From Terriglobales bacterium (GTDB lineage: Bacteria; Acidobacteriota; Terriglobia; Terriglobales; Acidobacteriaceae), in assembly GCA_035691485.1 (NCBI GenBank), contig DASSIZ010000043.1, positions 4,236 through 68,235 on the forward strand: a DNA stretch of 64,000 nt, written 5' to 3'. Below are positions 1 to 9,383 of this stretch, piece after piece (the first letter of the stretch is position 1; each line of letters begins with the position of its first letter). The notes under the pieces are model-generated. The model saw only the letters and a program-made list of their open reading frames with translations, was not told the origin of the DNA and searched no databases. The translations under genes and the position numbers were made by a program.

Positions 1-1
1 G

Positions 2-1015
2 GCCTACATCTCGAAGCTGAAGGGATATCCCGCCGTGGTCATCATGCCCGAACAGATGAGCGCGGAACGCTATCAGCGCATCCGGCAGTACGGCGGAAAG
101 CTGGACCTTACGCCGGGTTCCGAGAGCGACGTCATTCTGGTGCTGGAGCGCACCGAGGAATACAAGAAGGACGCGCAAAACAAGGTATTGGCGCAATTCG
201 AGCTGCTGCCGAACTACCGTTTCCACCGCCATGTTACGGGCGGCAGCGCGCTGGAAGCTGCGCGTGCGCACGGCAACGGCAGGGTCGCGGCATTCGTGGC
301 AGCGCCGGGATCGGCGGGAACGCTGGCGGCGGGCGACCAGGTCAAGGCGCAATTTCCGGACGCCGTAATCTGCGCCCTGGAACCGCGCGAGTGCTCCACG
401 CTGTTCAACAACGGCCGCGGCACGCACCGTATCGAGGGGATCGGCGACAAGATGGTCACCCTCATCCACAACGTGCTGACCACCGACTACGTGATGCTGA
501 TCCACGATGACGACTGTGTGGTCGGCCTCGAGTTGCTGCAGCAGCGGCAGGCATTCGTGGAAAAGCTATTGCACATGCAAGCCGGCTCGCTGCGCGCCTT
601 CGATGGCTTGTTCGGCATTTCGGGATTGTGCAATATTCTCGGCGCCATCCGCTTGGCCCGGCATCTCAGGCTGGGGCCAAAGGACAATGTGGTGACCATT
701 GCGACCGATGGCTTTGATCGCTATCCGTCCGTGCTCGCCGAGTTGGCAAGGCGCAAGCCCATGACTGCCGACCAGACACTGCAGGATCTGTTCGAAGGGA
801 TCTTCCGGGGCGGCGCGCGCGAGGACTTGCTCGATGTGCGCCCACGCGACCAGAAGCAGCGCCTGTTTCGCTACAAGCAGGAGACGTGGAGCAAGTTCGG
901 ATATTCCGATGCCTACCTGGAAAAAATGAAGTCGCAGGGGTTTTGGGAGACCGAAGCAGCCAAGGTAGAGCAGTTCGACGCAGACCTGCTGCGCGCCCGC
1001 AAGAGCTCGGCGTAG
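2..1015 (+). CDS. PLP-dependent cysteine synthase / Trp-synthase-beta superfamily enzyme, 5' end cut by window edge
   Basis: Frame is open from nt 2 (AYISKLKGYPAVVIMPEQMS...). ORF track 35..1015 begins at an internal GTG. Fold-type II PLP enzyme-like segments (AAPGSAGTLAAG, HRIEGIGD). Long C-terminal extension. Confidence 0.8.
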   Translation, partial: AYISKLKGYPAVVIMPEQMSAERYQRIRQYGGKLDLTPGSESDVILVLERTEEYKKDAQNKVLAQFELLPNYRFHRHVTGGSALEAARAHGNGRVAAFVAAPGSAGTLAAGDQVKAQFPDAVICALEPRECSTLFNNGRGTHRIEGIGDKMVTLIHNVLTTDYVMLIHDDDCVVGLELLQQRQAFVEKLLHMQAGSLRAFDGLFGISGLCNILGAIRLARHLRLGPKDNVVTIATDGFDRYPSVLAELARRKPMTADQTLQDLFEGIFRGGAREDLLDVRPRDQKQRLFRYKQETWSKFGYSDAYLEKMKSQGFWETEAAKVEQFDADLLRARKSSA

Positions 1016-1063
1016 CCCGCGTGCCGGGCCTCATCGCACCACTCCGTAGGCATCTAAGTACGG

Positions 1064-1213
1064 ATGGAGATGGAGCGATCTTCGAGCATTCTGCTGCTGG
1101 GCATCGCCATCCTCATCTTGTCTTTTGTTCTGGGCGCGCTGTGGTGGTTTCATCGAACCGATGAGGCGCCGAAACCGCCGCTCCATTCCGCATTGGGCCA
1201 ATCTGCGCCTTGA
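1064..1213 (+). CDS. Possible 49-aa single-pass membrane peptide (not in ORF track)
   Basis: Hand translation: MEMERSSSILLLGIAILILSFVLGALWWFHRTDEAPKPPLHSALGQSAP. One clear hydrophobic helix. Lies in the convergent gap between the PLP enzyme and galE. No convincing Shine-Dalgarno. Confidence 0.3.
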   Translation: MEMERSSSILLLGIAILILSFVLGALWWFHRTDEAPKPPLHSALGQSAP

Positions 1214-1228
1214 ATCGCTGAACCTGCC

Positions 1229-2218
1229 TCAGCGCTCCGATACCGCCTCGGCGCGGCGGCCTCGATGCTGCACAAACTTCCAGGCGCTGGATACCATGTC
1301 CTGCAACGAGCGCTGCGCCTTCCATCCCAATAATTTCTGGGCCCGCGAAGGATCGGCCAGCAGCACTGGAGGATCGCCGGGACGTCGCCCCGTAACGCGC
1401 TTGTTGAGTTCGCGGCCGATGATGCGCTCGATGGTCGTGACCACTTCTTTCACCGTGTGGCCCTGGCCGGTGCCGAGGTTGAGAATCCCGGAGGCGCCGC
1501 CGTGCGCAAGGTGTTCCAGCGCGAGCACATGAGCTTCCGCCAGGTCTTCGACGTGAATGTAATCGCGGATGCAGGTGCCGTCCGGCGTGTCATAGTCGTC
1601 GCCGTAAATCTGCAGCTCCTTGCGCGCACCCGTGGCTGACTGCAGCGCGGCGGGAATCAGGTGCGTCTCGGGATCGTGCAACTCCCCGATTTCGCCGCTG
1701 TCTTCGCATCCGGCCGCGTTGAAGTAACGCAAGCTCATGAATCGCAAACCGTACGCCTTGTCGTAAGCCTGCAGGGCATACTCAAATGACAGCTTCGACA
1801 TCCCGTACGGATTGACCGGCGCTTTGGGCGCGTCTTCCACGATCGGCACCTCGCGCGGATTCCCATACACCGCCGCCGTGGAAGAGAAGATGAAGTTTTT
1901 GACGCCGGATTCCAGGCAGGTGTTGAGCAGCACGAGGCCGTCGCGGACATTGTTCCCGAAATATTTGCGCGGGTTCTCCACCGATTCCCCGACCAGGGAA
2001 TGCGCTGCGAAATGCATGACGGCATCGACGCCACGCAGGGCGCGGCCAAGGAAAACGGCATCGCCGACGCTGCCTTCGACCAGTTCGAAACCGGCGGCGA
2101 GTTCGCGATGGCCTGTGGAGAGATTGTCGTAGATCACGACCGAGTGTCCGCGACGCGAGAGAGAGCGCGCGCCGTGGCTGCCGATGTATCCGGCGCCACC
2201 GGTCACCAGAACTCGCAT
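1229..2218 (-). CDS. galE: UDP-glucose 4-epimerase
   Basis: MRVLVTGGAGYIGSH Rossmann motif, YGMSK catalytic YxxxK, full-length SDR epimerase pattern. ATG verified at 2216-2218. Confidence 0.93.
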   Translation of the reverse strand: MRVLVTGGAGYIGSHGARSLSRRGHSVVIYDNLSTGHRELAAGFELVEGSVGDAVFLGRALRGVDAVMHFAAHSLVGESVENPRKYFGNNVRDGLVLLNTCLESGVKNFIFSSTAAVYGNPREVPIVEDAPKAPVNPYGMSKLSFEYALQAYDKAYGLRFMSLRYFNAAGCEDSGEIGELHDPETHLIPAALQSATGARKELQIYGDDYDTPDGTCIRDYIHVEDLAEAHVLALEHLAHGGASGILNLGTGQGHTVKEVVTTIERIIGRELNKRVTGRRPGDPPVLLADPSRAQKLLGWKAQRSLQDMVSSAWKFVQHRGRRAEAVSER

Positions 2219-2234
2219 GGGTTTTTACCCCTCG

Positions 2235-3236
2235 TTAGTCGGAGTTGGAATTGGCGGCAGCGGTGGCGGCGCGCGAATTCCCCGGCTCGCGGCAGTTGAG
2301 GCCGCGCTCGATGGCGGTGCCCTCCTCATAGTCGTTCCAAGTGACGACGAGGAGAAACGGCAGCGGGTCGGAGCTGGTATAGTACCGCCGCCACAGCCGA
2401 AGTGACTCCTCAAAAGTCTTGCCGCATCGCGGATCCATGTAACGGTTCAAGCTCCAGGAGGCTTTCCGGTCGTTGAAGCCGGGCCAGGCGGCGCCCACCG
2501 CGAGCTTGTTGGGATACTTTTCGCGCATTTTCTTATAGAACCCTTCCAGGTACTGGCGGCCCCAGTTGCTGCCGTCGGCCGACCAGCCATGGTCGCCGGG
2601 CTGGACCCAGGCGTAGAAGCCGTCCAGAACGTCGGCGAAGCGCATGCCGCCGTCTTCCATGATCAGGATGGGATTGGCCTCCCAGCCCTGGACATGCTGG
2701 CGAACCTGGCGCCAATCCGTCTGCTTGCTCCGCGGCCATAGGAAGATAACGGGACGGCCGTCATAAGTCAGATATGCGGAACGACCCTCGGCCTTGGGCC
2801 CGATGTAGTGTTCATAGGCGTAATCGAGCGCGGACATAGCGGCGGAGGTGAAGTCGGGGGAATCCTCCGGCTCGTCATACATCAGCGCGACTTTGAAGTT
2901 TTTCTGCGCCGCGGTTTGCTGCAGCAGGGCGTAACTGGCGTCGAGAAACTCCTTGCGCGGCCCGTACCAGTCCACCACAAACGATGAGATCCCCAGATTC
3001 TGTGCCTGGTCGATCTGCCGGCTCAGTACCACACGGTCATGGCTGGAGTATCCGACGTCCATGTGGTCGTTGTCCCCGAACCAGGGCTCGTAGACGGCCA
3101 GGACGATGGGCGCGCCTTCGGCTGGACGCAGGTTCTGCTTCAACGTCTGGTGAATGTCGGCGCGATGACAGCCAAGAGAAGCAAGCAGTGCCACCACAGC
3201 GGCCAGAAGCTGCCAATGGGTACGGAAGCTCAGCAT
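2235..3236 (-). CDS. Secreted lipoprotein, TIM-barrel glycoside-hydrolase-like (GH99/GH71-like WNDYEEGT signature, family uncertain)
   Basis: Internal ATG at 3234-3236 gives MLSFRTHWQLLAAVVALLASLGC lipobox signal. Motifs YEPWFG, VVDWYG, TWNDYEEGTAIE. 16 nt upstream of galE on the same strand. Confidence 0.8.
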   Translation of the reverse strand: MLSFRTHWQLLAAVVALLASLGCHRADIHQTLKQNLRPAEGAPIVLAVYEPWFGDNDHMDVGYSSHDRVVLSRQIDQAQNLGISSFVVDWYGPRKEFLDASYALLQQTAAQKNFKVALMYDEPEDSPDFTSAAMSALDYAYEHYIGPKAEGRSAYLTYDGRPVIFLWPRSKQTDWRQVRQHVQGWEANPILIMEDGGMRFADVLDGFYAWVQPGDHGWSADGSNWGRQYLEGFYKKMREKYPNKLAVGAAWPGFNDRKASWSLNRYMDPRCGKTFEESLRLWRRYYTSSDPLPFLLVVTWNDYEEGTAIERGLNCREPGNSRAATAAANSNSD

Positions 3237-3345
3237 AAGAAAGATGCACTCATTTGGATGTGCGCTGCTGAAAACGGGTTGGCATTGGAGCGCCACCCAC
3301 CCCGGTCTCGCGCGATGCGAAACCAGGATAAGTGGCGGTTCCCTC

Positions 3346-5052
3346 CTACGGCAGCGCCGTGTAGTCACACCTCATGTTCAACGACTGCAGGGGCGGCGTT
3401 GGCGGAGTCGGAGTCGGCGGCGTGTCGAAGGTGAAGAACTCCTGCATGTCAATCTGCGCTGCATCCCGCTTCGTCAAACTCGGAAGATTGAAACGGGTCT
3501 CAATGAACTTGAGAATGGCGGTGAAATCGGCGACGCTGTGGGACACGTAACCCTTCTTGGTGAACGGCGATACCACGATGAGGGGAACGCGATAGCCGGT
3601 ACGATTAAAGTCACCAGGCGGTTGAATGACCTGCTGCTCCACCGGCGTCAGATCCGTGGGAGACAGCCCGTCGGGATGGACGGCGGGCTGCGGCGATACG
3701 TGATCGTAATATCCGCCGCCCTCGTCAAAGGTAAGGATGAACACGCCATCCTTCCAATAAGGGCTGTTCATGAACGTATTGATGAAGGTGGAGACGTACT
3801 GCGCGCCCGCCTGCACATTATTGCCGGAATGAATATTTCCCGGCAATACGGCGCCCGGGTGCTCATCTTCGCCGGGCAGTTCCTCGATGAAAGCCACCTG
3901 CGGCAAAGTTCCATTCTTCAGGTCGTCGAAATACTGTGAAGTCGGCACCAGGTTAGCCATGTGCTGGCTGGCAAAGGGCTGGAACCGCGTCAGGAAGGTA
4001 TGCGGAACGTTGGGATTGCCGGGTTCTGTCGTGTAATACACCTTCCAGGTAATCCCGGCGGCATCGAGCAACTGGAAAATGTTCTTTACCACTCCGGAAT
4101 CAAACGAACCAGGATCATGAGCGTGCCCATGGGTGGTGGCGGCATACATGTACGACCGGTTGGGTGGACTGTTGCTGGAGACGGGCGAGAACCAGCGGTC
4201 GGAAGTCGCGAAGGTAGACGCCATGTAATAGTAGTAATTGAGGTCGTCGCCGGTGTAGTAGCCCATGGCGCGAGTGCCCAACAGGTCGTAATGCCAGTTG
4301 ATCATCGTGTCCCTGGCGTTGGGAACGGTCCACGTCAAAGTAGTTGACTGGCCCGACGTGATGGTCGAGGGCGTTGCGGTGAATACGACACCAGAGGCCG
4401 GAGTGATGTTCGGGGCAACCGGCGAAGGGGTCTGCGTGTCGCCGGAAACGGTGACGCTGGCTACCGCCAGCGGACGCGTGTCGAAGTTTCCGTAACCATC
4501 AGAATTAGCGTAAAGGTAGTAGTTCGTCGTCTTTGTCGGCGAGACTTGGAATGTACCCATGGAATTCGCGACATAAGCGATAAAGCCGTCCGATCGGGCC
4601 GAACCCTGGCCGCCGTGAACGAAGCCGTCGCCCAGGTAGGTATTGGACCCCGGACTCTGCAGGTTGTAAGAGCCGTGCGCGCCGAGCCAGTCGGGATCCG
4701 TGTTTTCCAGGCATGCCGTTTGCAGATGGAAGGCGTTCACCAACACGCCGCTATCGCTCTTGTTGCTGGTGCCGGGCGGCAGACCATCCACCCCGGCGAG
4801 ATGCCCGAAGTAATTGTCGAACGACCGATTTTCCTGCAGCATGAAGATGACGTGATTGACCGCCTTGATCCCCAACGGCGGCGGCGGTGCCGGCGGAGTG
4901 GGAGTCGGAGCAGGAGCAGGAGTAGTAGTCGTCGTCGTGGTAGGCGAGGCTCCTAAGCCACTACAGGCGCTCAGCAGGATGAGAGAGGCAGCCACCAAGC
5001 CAAGCAGCAGAAACTTTCGCCGGGATTGCAGGTAACGCAGAGTCGTAATCAT
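3346..5052 (-). CDS. Phosphoesterase family protein (non-hemolytic phospholipase C / acid phosphatase AcpA family) with inserted Ig-like segment
   Basis: NHVIFMLQENRSFDNYFG N-terminal signature, DPDW..., MGYYTGDDLNYYYYMASTFATSDRWF. Lipoprotein signal LILLSACSG from ATG at 5050-5052. Thr/Pro-rich linker. Confidence 0.85.
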   Translation of the reverse strand: MITTLRYLQSRRKFLLLGLVAASLILLSACSGLGASPTTTTTTTPAPAPTPTPPAPPPPLGIKAVNHVIFMLQENRSFDNYFGHLAGVDGLPPGTSNKSDSGVLVNAFHLQTACLENTDPDWLGAHGSYNLQSPGSNTYLGDGFVHGGQGSARSDGFIAYVANSMGTFQVSPTKTTNYYLYANSDGYGNFDTRPLAVASVTVSGDTQTPSPVAPNITPASGVVFTATPSTITSGQSTTLTWTVPNARDTMINWHYDLLGTRAMGYYTGDDLNYYYYMASTFATSDRWFSPVSSNSPPNRSYMYAATTHGHAHDPGSFDSGVVKNIFQLLDAAGITWKVYYTTEPGNPNVPHTFLTRFQPFASQHMANLVPTSQYFDDLKNGTLPQVAFIEELPGEDEHPGAVLPGNIHSGNNVQAGAQYVSTFINTFMNSPYWKDGVFILTFDEGGGYYDHVSPQPAVHPDGLSPTDLTPVEQQVIQPPGDFNRTGYRVPLIVVSPFTKKGYVSHSVADFTAILKFIETRFNLPSLTKRDAAQIDMQEFFTFDTPPTPTPPTPPLQSLNMRCDYTALP

Positions 5053-5114
5053 GTTCAGTCCTACTCCAGCTCGTTCGATTTTAGAAACTTGGGTGCGAGT
5101 GCTCTGCATTGAAA

Positions 5115-6842
5115 CTAATGCGACAGCAATCCGTACACGGTCAGCGTGCTGCCTCCGCTGATGTAAACCTTGCCATTGATGACAGTCGGAACAATGAACT
5201 TCACCGCCGTGCCCGCGGTGTCGCGTCCGCCCGAAGCTTGGTCGCTGTTGTACAGTTCATGAGTGCAATCGTTGGCGTCGTAGGCGTGGAGAGTTGCAGG
5301 GCCGTTGTCCCACTGGTCCACCTGCAGCGCCCATACAATGCCGTTGCTGTCACCATTGGAGGAAACAGCGGTACTGATTCCAGGGAAACCAGAGGTCGCC
5401 GATCCCCGGCTGCCAAGCGTCAGTTGTCCATTGCTGATCTTGTAGCACTGCAGCGGGGCGCCGACCGGACCGATATAGACGTTGTCCTTCCACACTGTAG
5501 GATTGGTGAACAGCCCGCTGCCGAGGGCGATTTGCTGCACCGCCTGGCTGTTGTCGCTGGCATGGCTGTGACCCATGGCGTCGCGATTGATGACAAAGAA
5601 ATCGCCCGCTTTGTCGCCGCCCATCAGAAGATGGGCCGGACCCGACGGCTGATCCGGCAACAGGATGGGCCCTCCGGATCCCAAATCGTGATCGAGATCA
5701 TTCAGTTCCTGGAAATTGAACGGCGTAAACCAGTCCACGACGTTGAGCGTGTTTCCGGATAGCGCGAGCTTCAGGAACGAGTCGCCGTAATCGCGTCCAC
5801 CGATATCGGCCGTGTAGTCGCCGTTTCCTATTCCGACAAACACATGGCCGGAAGCATCGGCGGCCGGACCATTTCCGCTTTCCCAAATGCCTCCTCCGGT
5901 GCCATCCGCGCTAGGAGCAAAGGCCGCAACCTGCTTCAGCGTTTGCGCGTCATAGACCAGCAACCAACCCAGGAACGGATCAAAATCGCCGTGCGACGCA
6001 AACGCGATATAGATCTTGCCGTTGAGGAGAAGCAGCGCGCTTCGCTGCAGGCAATTCAGGGGACCGAAGACGATGTTGCCGTTGCCATCGTTCACGATAC
6101 CGGCGCCGGGAATGGAAGCTTGGATAGTCGTCGGGCCGCCGAATTTTTCCGCTCCGCTACTGATATCGAGCGCGTGCAGGCGCTGAAAAAACTTGCCGTT
6201 CTCTTTCGTCTTGGCCACCACGTAGATGGTGCCGCTCGTGGAGTCGATCACCGGCGTACTGGTAATGCCCACCTCGGGAGCAATGTCTTCGTACGGCACT
6301 GGGAAATCTGTAGCGGAATCGACGGTGGTAATGCCGGCGCCCGGGTTGAGGAAGTTCTTGTGCCAGAGAGGCGACGTGGTTTTCGCGTCGGCGTCGAAGG
6401 CGTATACGCTGTCGTGCTCAGTGGCGACGAAGACGACGTTGTGCGCTGTTCCGCCGATGCTGACGCTCTGCAGGTAAAGAGGCTGGCCGTAAATCTCCCC
6501 GTCCACGTCGAACGAAGCCACTTTCCCGAAGGTGGATGCATTCACGTTCGCGAGCGTGAGAATGGTTTCATTGCGGTTCGCGCCCGTGCGCAACGTATCG
6601 TAGTGGTAGGTGGTGACGGCCAAAGCTCCCGACTGATTTCCTGACGGATTGCCGGATGGGCTACCGCTCGGATTGCCGGAGGGGCTGCCGCTCGGATTGC
6701 CAGAGGTTGAGGAGCCGGACTTGCTCGACGTGACCCCGCCGCAATTCGACAACATGAGTATGATTCCGAACACCACCAGCGCTGCCAATGCGCCGGAAAC
6801 GAACTGGTAGGAACAATTCGATCTCCTGCGGCCCTTACCCAT
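5115..6842 (-). CDS. Secreted beta-propeller protein (PQQ-like/BamB-like repeats) with SGNP-repeat linker
   Basis: ATG at 6840-6842. Signal/lipobox ILMLSNCGG. (SGNPSGSP)n linker, then repeated propeller-blade-like segments (VVFVATEHDSVYAFD, TIYVVAKT, KIYIAFASHGD). Confidence 0.8.
   Translation of the reverse strand: MGKGRRRSNCSYQFVSGALAALVVFGIILMLSNCGGVTSSKSGSSTSGNPSGSPSGNPSGSPSGNPSGNQSGALAVTTYHYDTLRTGANRNETILTLANVNASTFGKVASFDVDGEIYGQPLYLQSVSIGGTAHNVVFVATEHDSVYAFDADAKTTSPLWHKNFLNPGAGITTVDSATDFPVPYEDIAPEVGITSTPVIDSTSGTIYVVAKTKENGKFFQRLHALDISSGAEKFGGPTTIQASIPGAGIVNDGNGNIVFGPLNCLQRSALLLLNGKIYIAFASHGDFDPFLGWLLVYDAQTLKQVAAFAPSADGTGGGIWESGNGPAADASGHVFVGIGNGDYTADIGGRDYGDSFLKLALSGNTLNVVDWFTPFNFQELNDLDHDLGSGGPILLPDQPSGPAHLLMGGDKAGDFFVINRDAMGHSHASDNSQAVQQIALGSGLFTNPTVWKDNVYIGPVGAPLQCYKISNGQLTLGSRGSATSGFPGISTAVSSNGDSNGIVWALQVDQWDNGPATLHAYDANDCTHELYNSDQASGGRDTAGTAVKFIVPTVINGKVYISGGSTLTVYGLLSH
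6645..6716. repeat. 24-bp in-frame tandem repeat (about 3 units) encoding the SGNPSGSP linker
   Basis: cggattgccggatgggctaccgct / cggattgccggaggggctgccgct / cggattgccagaggttgaggagcc read directly. Confidence 0.7.
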
Positions 6843-6977
6843 GTCGAACACCTACCTCAAAACACTCTCGCTTTCTGAAGCAGAGCACCTGCAGGAATGT
6901 GTGAAGGCGGCGTCTGGGCGCGAGTTGCCACGCCATCGGAAGGGCCACCAGCACTCGAAGCTGGATAGGGGCTTGCA

Positions 6978-7931
6978 TTACGCGGCGGCTGGCAAGACCT
7001 CCTGGCCGGCCTCGGAGGGAACTTCCTGGGCTCGATGGACGGCATTGATCAGCGAAATCGGCCGGCGGCGCACCTCGTCGTAAATGCGGCCAATGTATTC
7101 CGCCAGCACGCCGACGCAGAACAACTGCACTCCTCCCATGAAGAAAACCGAGGCCAGAATCGCGGCGGTTCCGGTCAGGTTGCCGCTCACGGCAAGCGCG
7201 AGGGCTGTGATGAGCGCCAGGCAAATAGCGGGAATGCCCAGCGCAAAACTGAGGCGCAGCGGCTTATAGCTGAAGCTGGTAATGGCATCGAGCGCGTACT
7301 TGATGCGGCTGACGAAGCTTAGCTTGCCATCGCCCGCCGCCCGGTCTTTGCGGTCGTAGCTGACGATCGTGGTGGGATAACCTATCCAGGCGCGCAGCCC
7401 CGGCAGGTAGCGGTTGTACTCACGCAGCGCCAGGAAAGAATCCAGCGCTTGTCGGTCCATCAGGCCGAAGATGCCGGAATTTAGCGGAATCGGAAAATCG
7501 GAGAGCGCGCCCAGGATGCGGTAGAACAGCGCGAACAGGACCAGCAGGTACTTGCGGCTCTCTTCGCGCTTGCGCCGGACCGCGCTGACCACCTTGGCGC
7601 CGTTCCGCCACGCCCGCACCATTTCCGGAATTACTTCGGGCGGGTCCTGCAGATCGCCATCCATGAGGACCACGGCATCGCCGCGCGCCGTCTGCATGCC
7701 CGCGCTGAGCGCGCCCATGTGACCCCAGTTGCGCGATAAATCCACGACTACGATATGCGGATCCTTGGCCTGGAGTTCGAGCAGCAGCTTGAGCGTGGCG
7801 TCCTTGCTCCCGTCGTTGACGTATACGACCTCCCAGTTCTCGCCGATGCCGTTCATCACGTCGGAGACGCGGGAGTGGAGAAGATGGACAAGTTCCTCTT
7901 CGTTGTAAACCGGGATCGCAACCGAAATCAT
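6978..7931 (-). CDS. GT2 polyprenyl-phosphate sugar synthase (ArnC/GtrB/DPM1-like)
   Basis: MISVAIPVYNEE, YVNDGSKD, LMDGDLQDPPE (DxD). Two C-terminal TM helices, typical of Pol-P-glycosyltransferases. Confidence 0.9.
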   Translation of the reverse strand: MISVAIPVYNEEELVHLLHSRVSDVMNGIGENWEVVYVNDGSKDATLKLLLELQAKDPHIVVVDLSRNWGHMGALSAGMQTARGDAVVLMDGDLQDPPEVIPEMVRAWRNGAKVVSAVRRKREESRKYLLVLFALFYRILGALSDFPIPLNSGIFGLMDRQALDSFLALREYNRYLPGLRAWIGYPTTIVSYDRKDRAAGDGKLSFVSRIKYALDAITSFSYKPLRLSFALGIPAICLALITALALAVSGNLTGTAAILASVFFMGGVQLFCVGVLAEYIGRIYDEVRRRPISLINAVHRAQEVPSEAGQEVLPAAA

Positions 7932-7997
7932 CAGGGCCCTCGGACCGTTTTAGTTATTTACAACTCTTCACGGGTCAAAGACCCATGCCACACGCGC

Positions 7998-8513
7998 CTA
8001 TTGGCCAGGGACTTCCTGCAACAGGCGAACCTTCCAGCGAACTTCCGTCGGCGTCATCAGCGAAATGTAATGCGCGGTAACCTGCTCGCTGTGGATGACC
8101 TTGTCACCGTCGAGCACCTGCCGCTCCAATTGCGCTGTGTCGCGCAGCTCGATGGAGAGTCCTTCCGGCGAATAAAAAAGCACATCCAACTTGTGACCGT
8201 GATCAACCAGGCGAGTGTGCAGGCCGGCTCGTGCCTGGTCACTGACCGCGGCGGCGAACTTCTCCGCCGCGACCCCAACGAAATCGTTGTCAATCACGCT
8301 CGCGCGGTTCTGCTCCATCGCCTCCGCTAGCGAACGCCAGGCCTTGGCATAATCGCGCGCCACCGATTTCCTGGTCAGTTCTTCGACAGGGCGGCCCGCG
8401 GCGTTGTCGCTGTTCAACTGCACGTTCGGCAGTTGCGGATCGGCAGCGCGGACCGGAGTAGCCGGGCAGACGAGCAGGACGAGCCCCAAGGTCGCAATCA
8501 ATGTCCTGGTCAT
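7998..8513 (-). CDS. Exported hypothetical protein (NTF2/Tim44-like guess)
   Basis: Signal peptide MTRTLIATLGLVLLVCPATPVRA. 4-nt overlap with the upstream gene. Last exported gene before the GT2. Confidence 0.7.
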   Translation of the reverse strand: MTRTLIATLGLVLLVCPATPVRAADPQLPNVQLNSDNAAGRPVEELTRKSVARDYAKAWRSLAEAMEQNRASVIDNDFVGVAAEKFAAAVSDQARAGLHTRLVDHGHKLDVLFYSPEGLSIELRDTAQLERQVLDGDKVIHSEQVTAHYISLMTPTEVRWKVRLLQEVPGQ

Positions 8514-9379
8514 CGGCCACTTCCCAGGTGAATTTCATTCCCCATCACTACGCCCGAGGCAACGGACACGGTGGCGTCGTGCAGATTGGGCAGCTCGGCT
8601 GTGGCGATCCCTTTTTTGATGCGTGCGTCAACGCTGCTCTTGCCCTGCGCCGACACCGCGGTAAAAGTGACGATCGTTCCATCCGGAACCGGGTTGCCGC
8701 TGCAATCGCGAATGGGATCGGTTTCCACCCGAATTCCGACTTTTGCTGGCTGCGCGTGCATACGCAGGTTGCAGGGATCAGCTGCAACTTCCTGCACCAC
8801 CCGCCGCTCGGTCACGTCGCCGATGCCGGCCACAAACTGCGCCGGGCCGACTTTGCGGCTGGAGTCGAGCGAGAGCCACGCCATGCCGTACCGGGTCGGC
8901 ACGTTGCGGGTGAGTTCCTGCGAACCAGCCACCGAAAACTTGAAGGTCACCTGTCCCGGCTGGACGTCCAGGTTGTGAAACTTGTCGAAGACGTAAACTA
9001 CGCCGGAGACGCCATTGGTTACCGCGACCGGCAGGCGCGACGGACGCGCGATGAAGCTCATCCGCGCCGGCTTAGCGGGATCCACCCAGAAGTTACCGCT
9101 GCTCGCGCTATCGCCGGTTCGAAGCACCACGACGTACTTGCCCGCGGTCTGGACCTCTTCCGGTGCGATGCGGATGTCTCCGCCGAGCTTGACCGCGCGC
9201 TTCACTGCGCTCGCCGGCCCGACCAGGTAGAGAGTGGCCTCGCCGCTGCCTGCAGAAGGAATCGCCAGCCCGGTGCCGGCCTCCACGTGCTGCGGCAGCG
9301 CGAGGTCAGAGGCATGCGCCGCGTAAGCAGCGAACCAGCACACCGCGACAAAAAGTAGCCCAACCGTTACCGTTCTCAT
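8510..9379 (-). CDS. Exported hypothetical protein, Ig-like beta-sandwich style
   Basis: ATG at 9377-9379 gives MRTVTVGLLFVAVCWFAAYAAHA signal. Beta-rich sequence. 4 nt after the upstream stop. Confidence 0.7.
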   Translation of the reverse strand: MRTVTVGLLFVAVCWFAAYAAHASDLALPQHVEAGTGLAIPSAGSGEATLYLVGPASAVKRAVKLGGDIRIAPEEVQTAGKYVVVLRTGDSASSGNFWVDPAKPARMSFIARPSRLPVAVTNGVSGVVYVFDKFHNLDVQPGQVTFKFSVAGSQELTRNVPTRYGMAWLSLDSSRKVGPAQFVAGIGDVTERRVVQEVAADPCNLRMHAQPAKVGIRVETDPIRDCSGNPVPDGTIVTFTAVSAQGKSSVDARIKKGIATAELPNLHDATVSVASGVVMGNEIHLGSGR

Positions 9380-9383
9380 GTCC

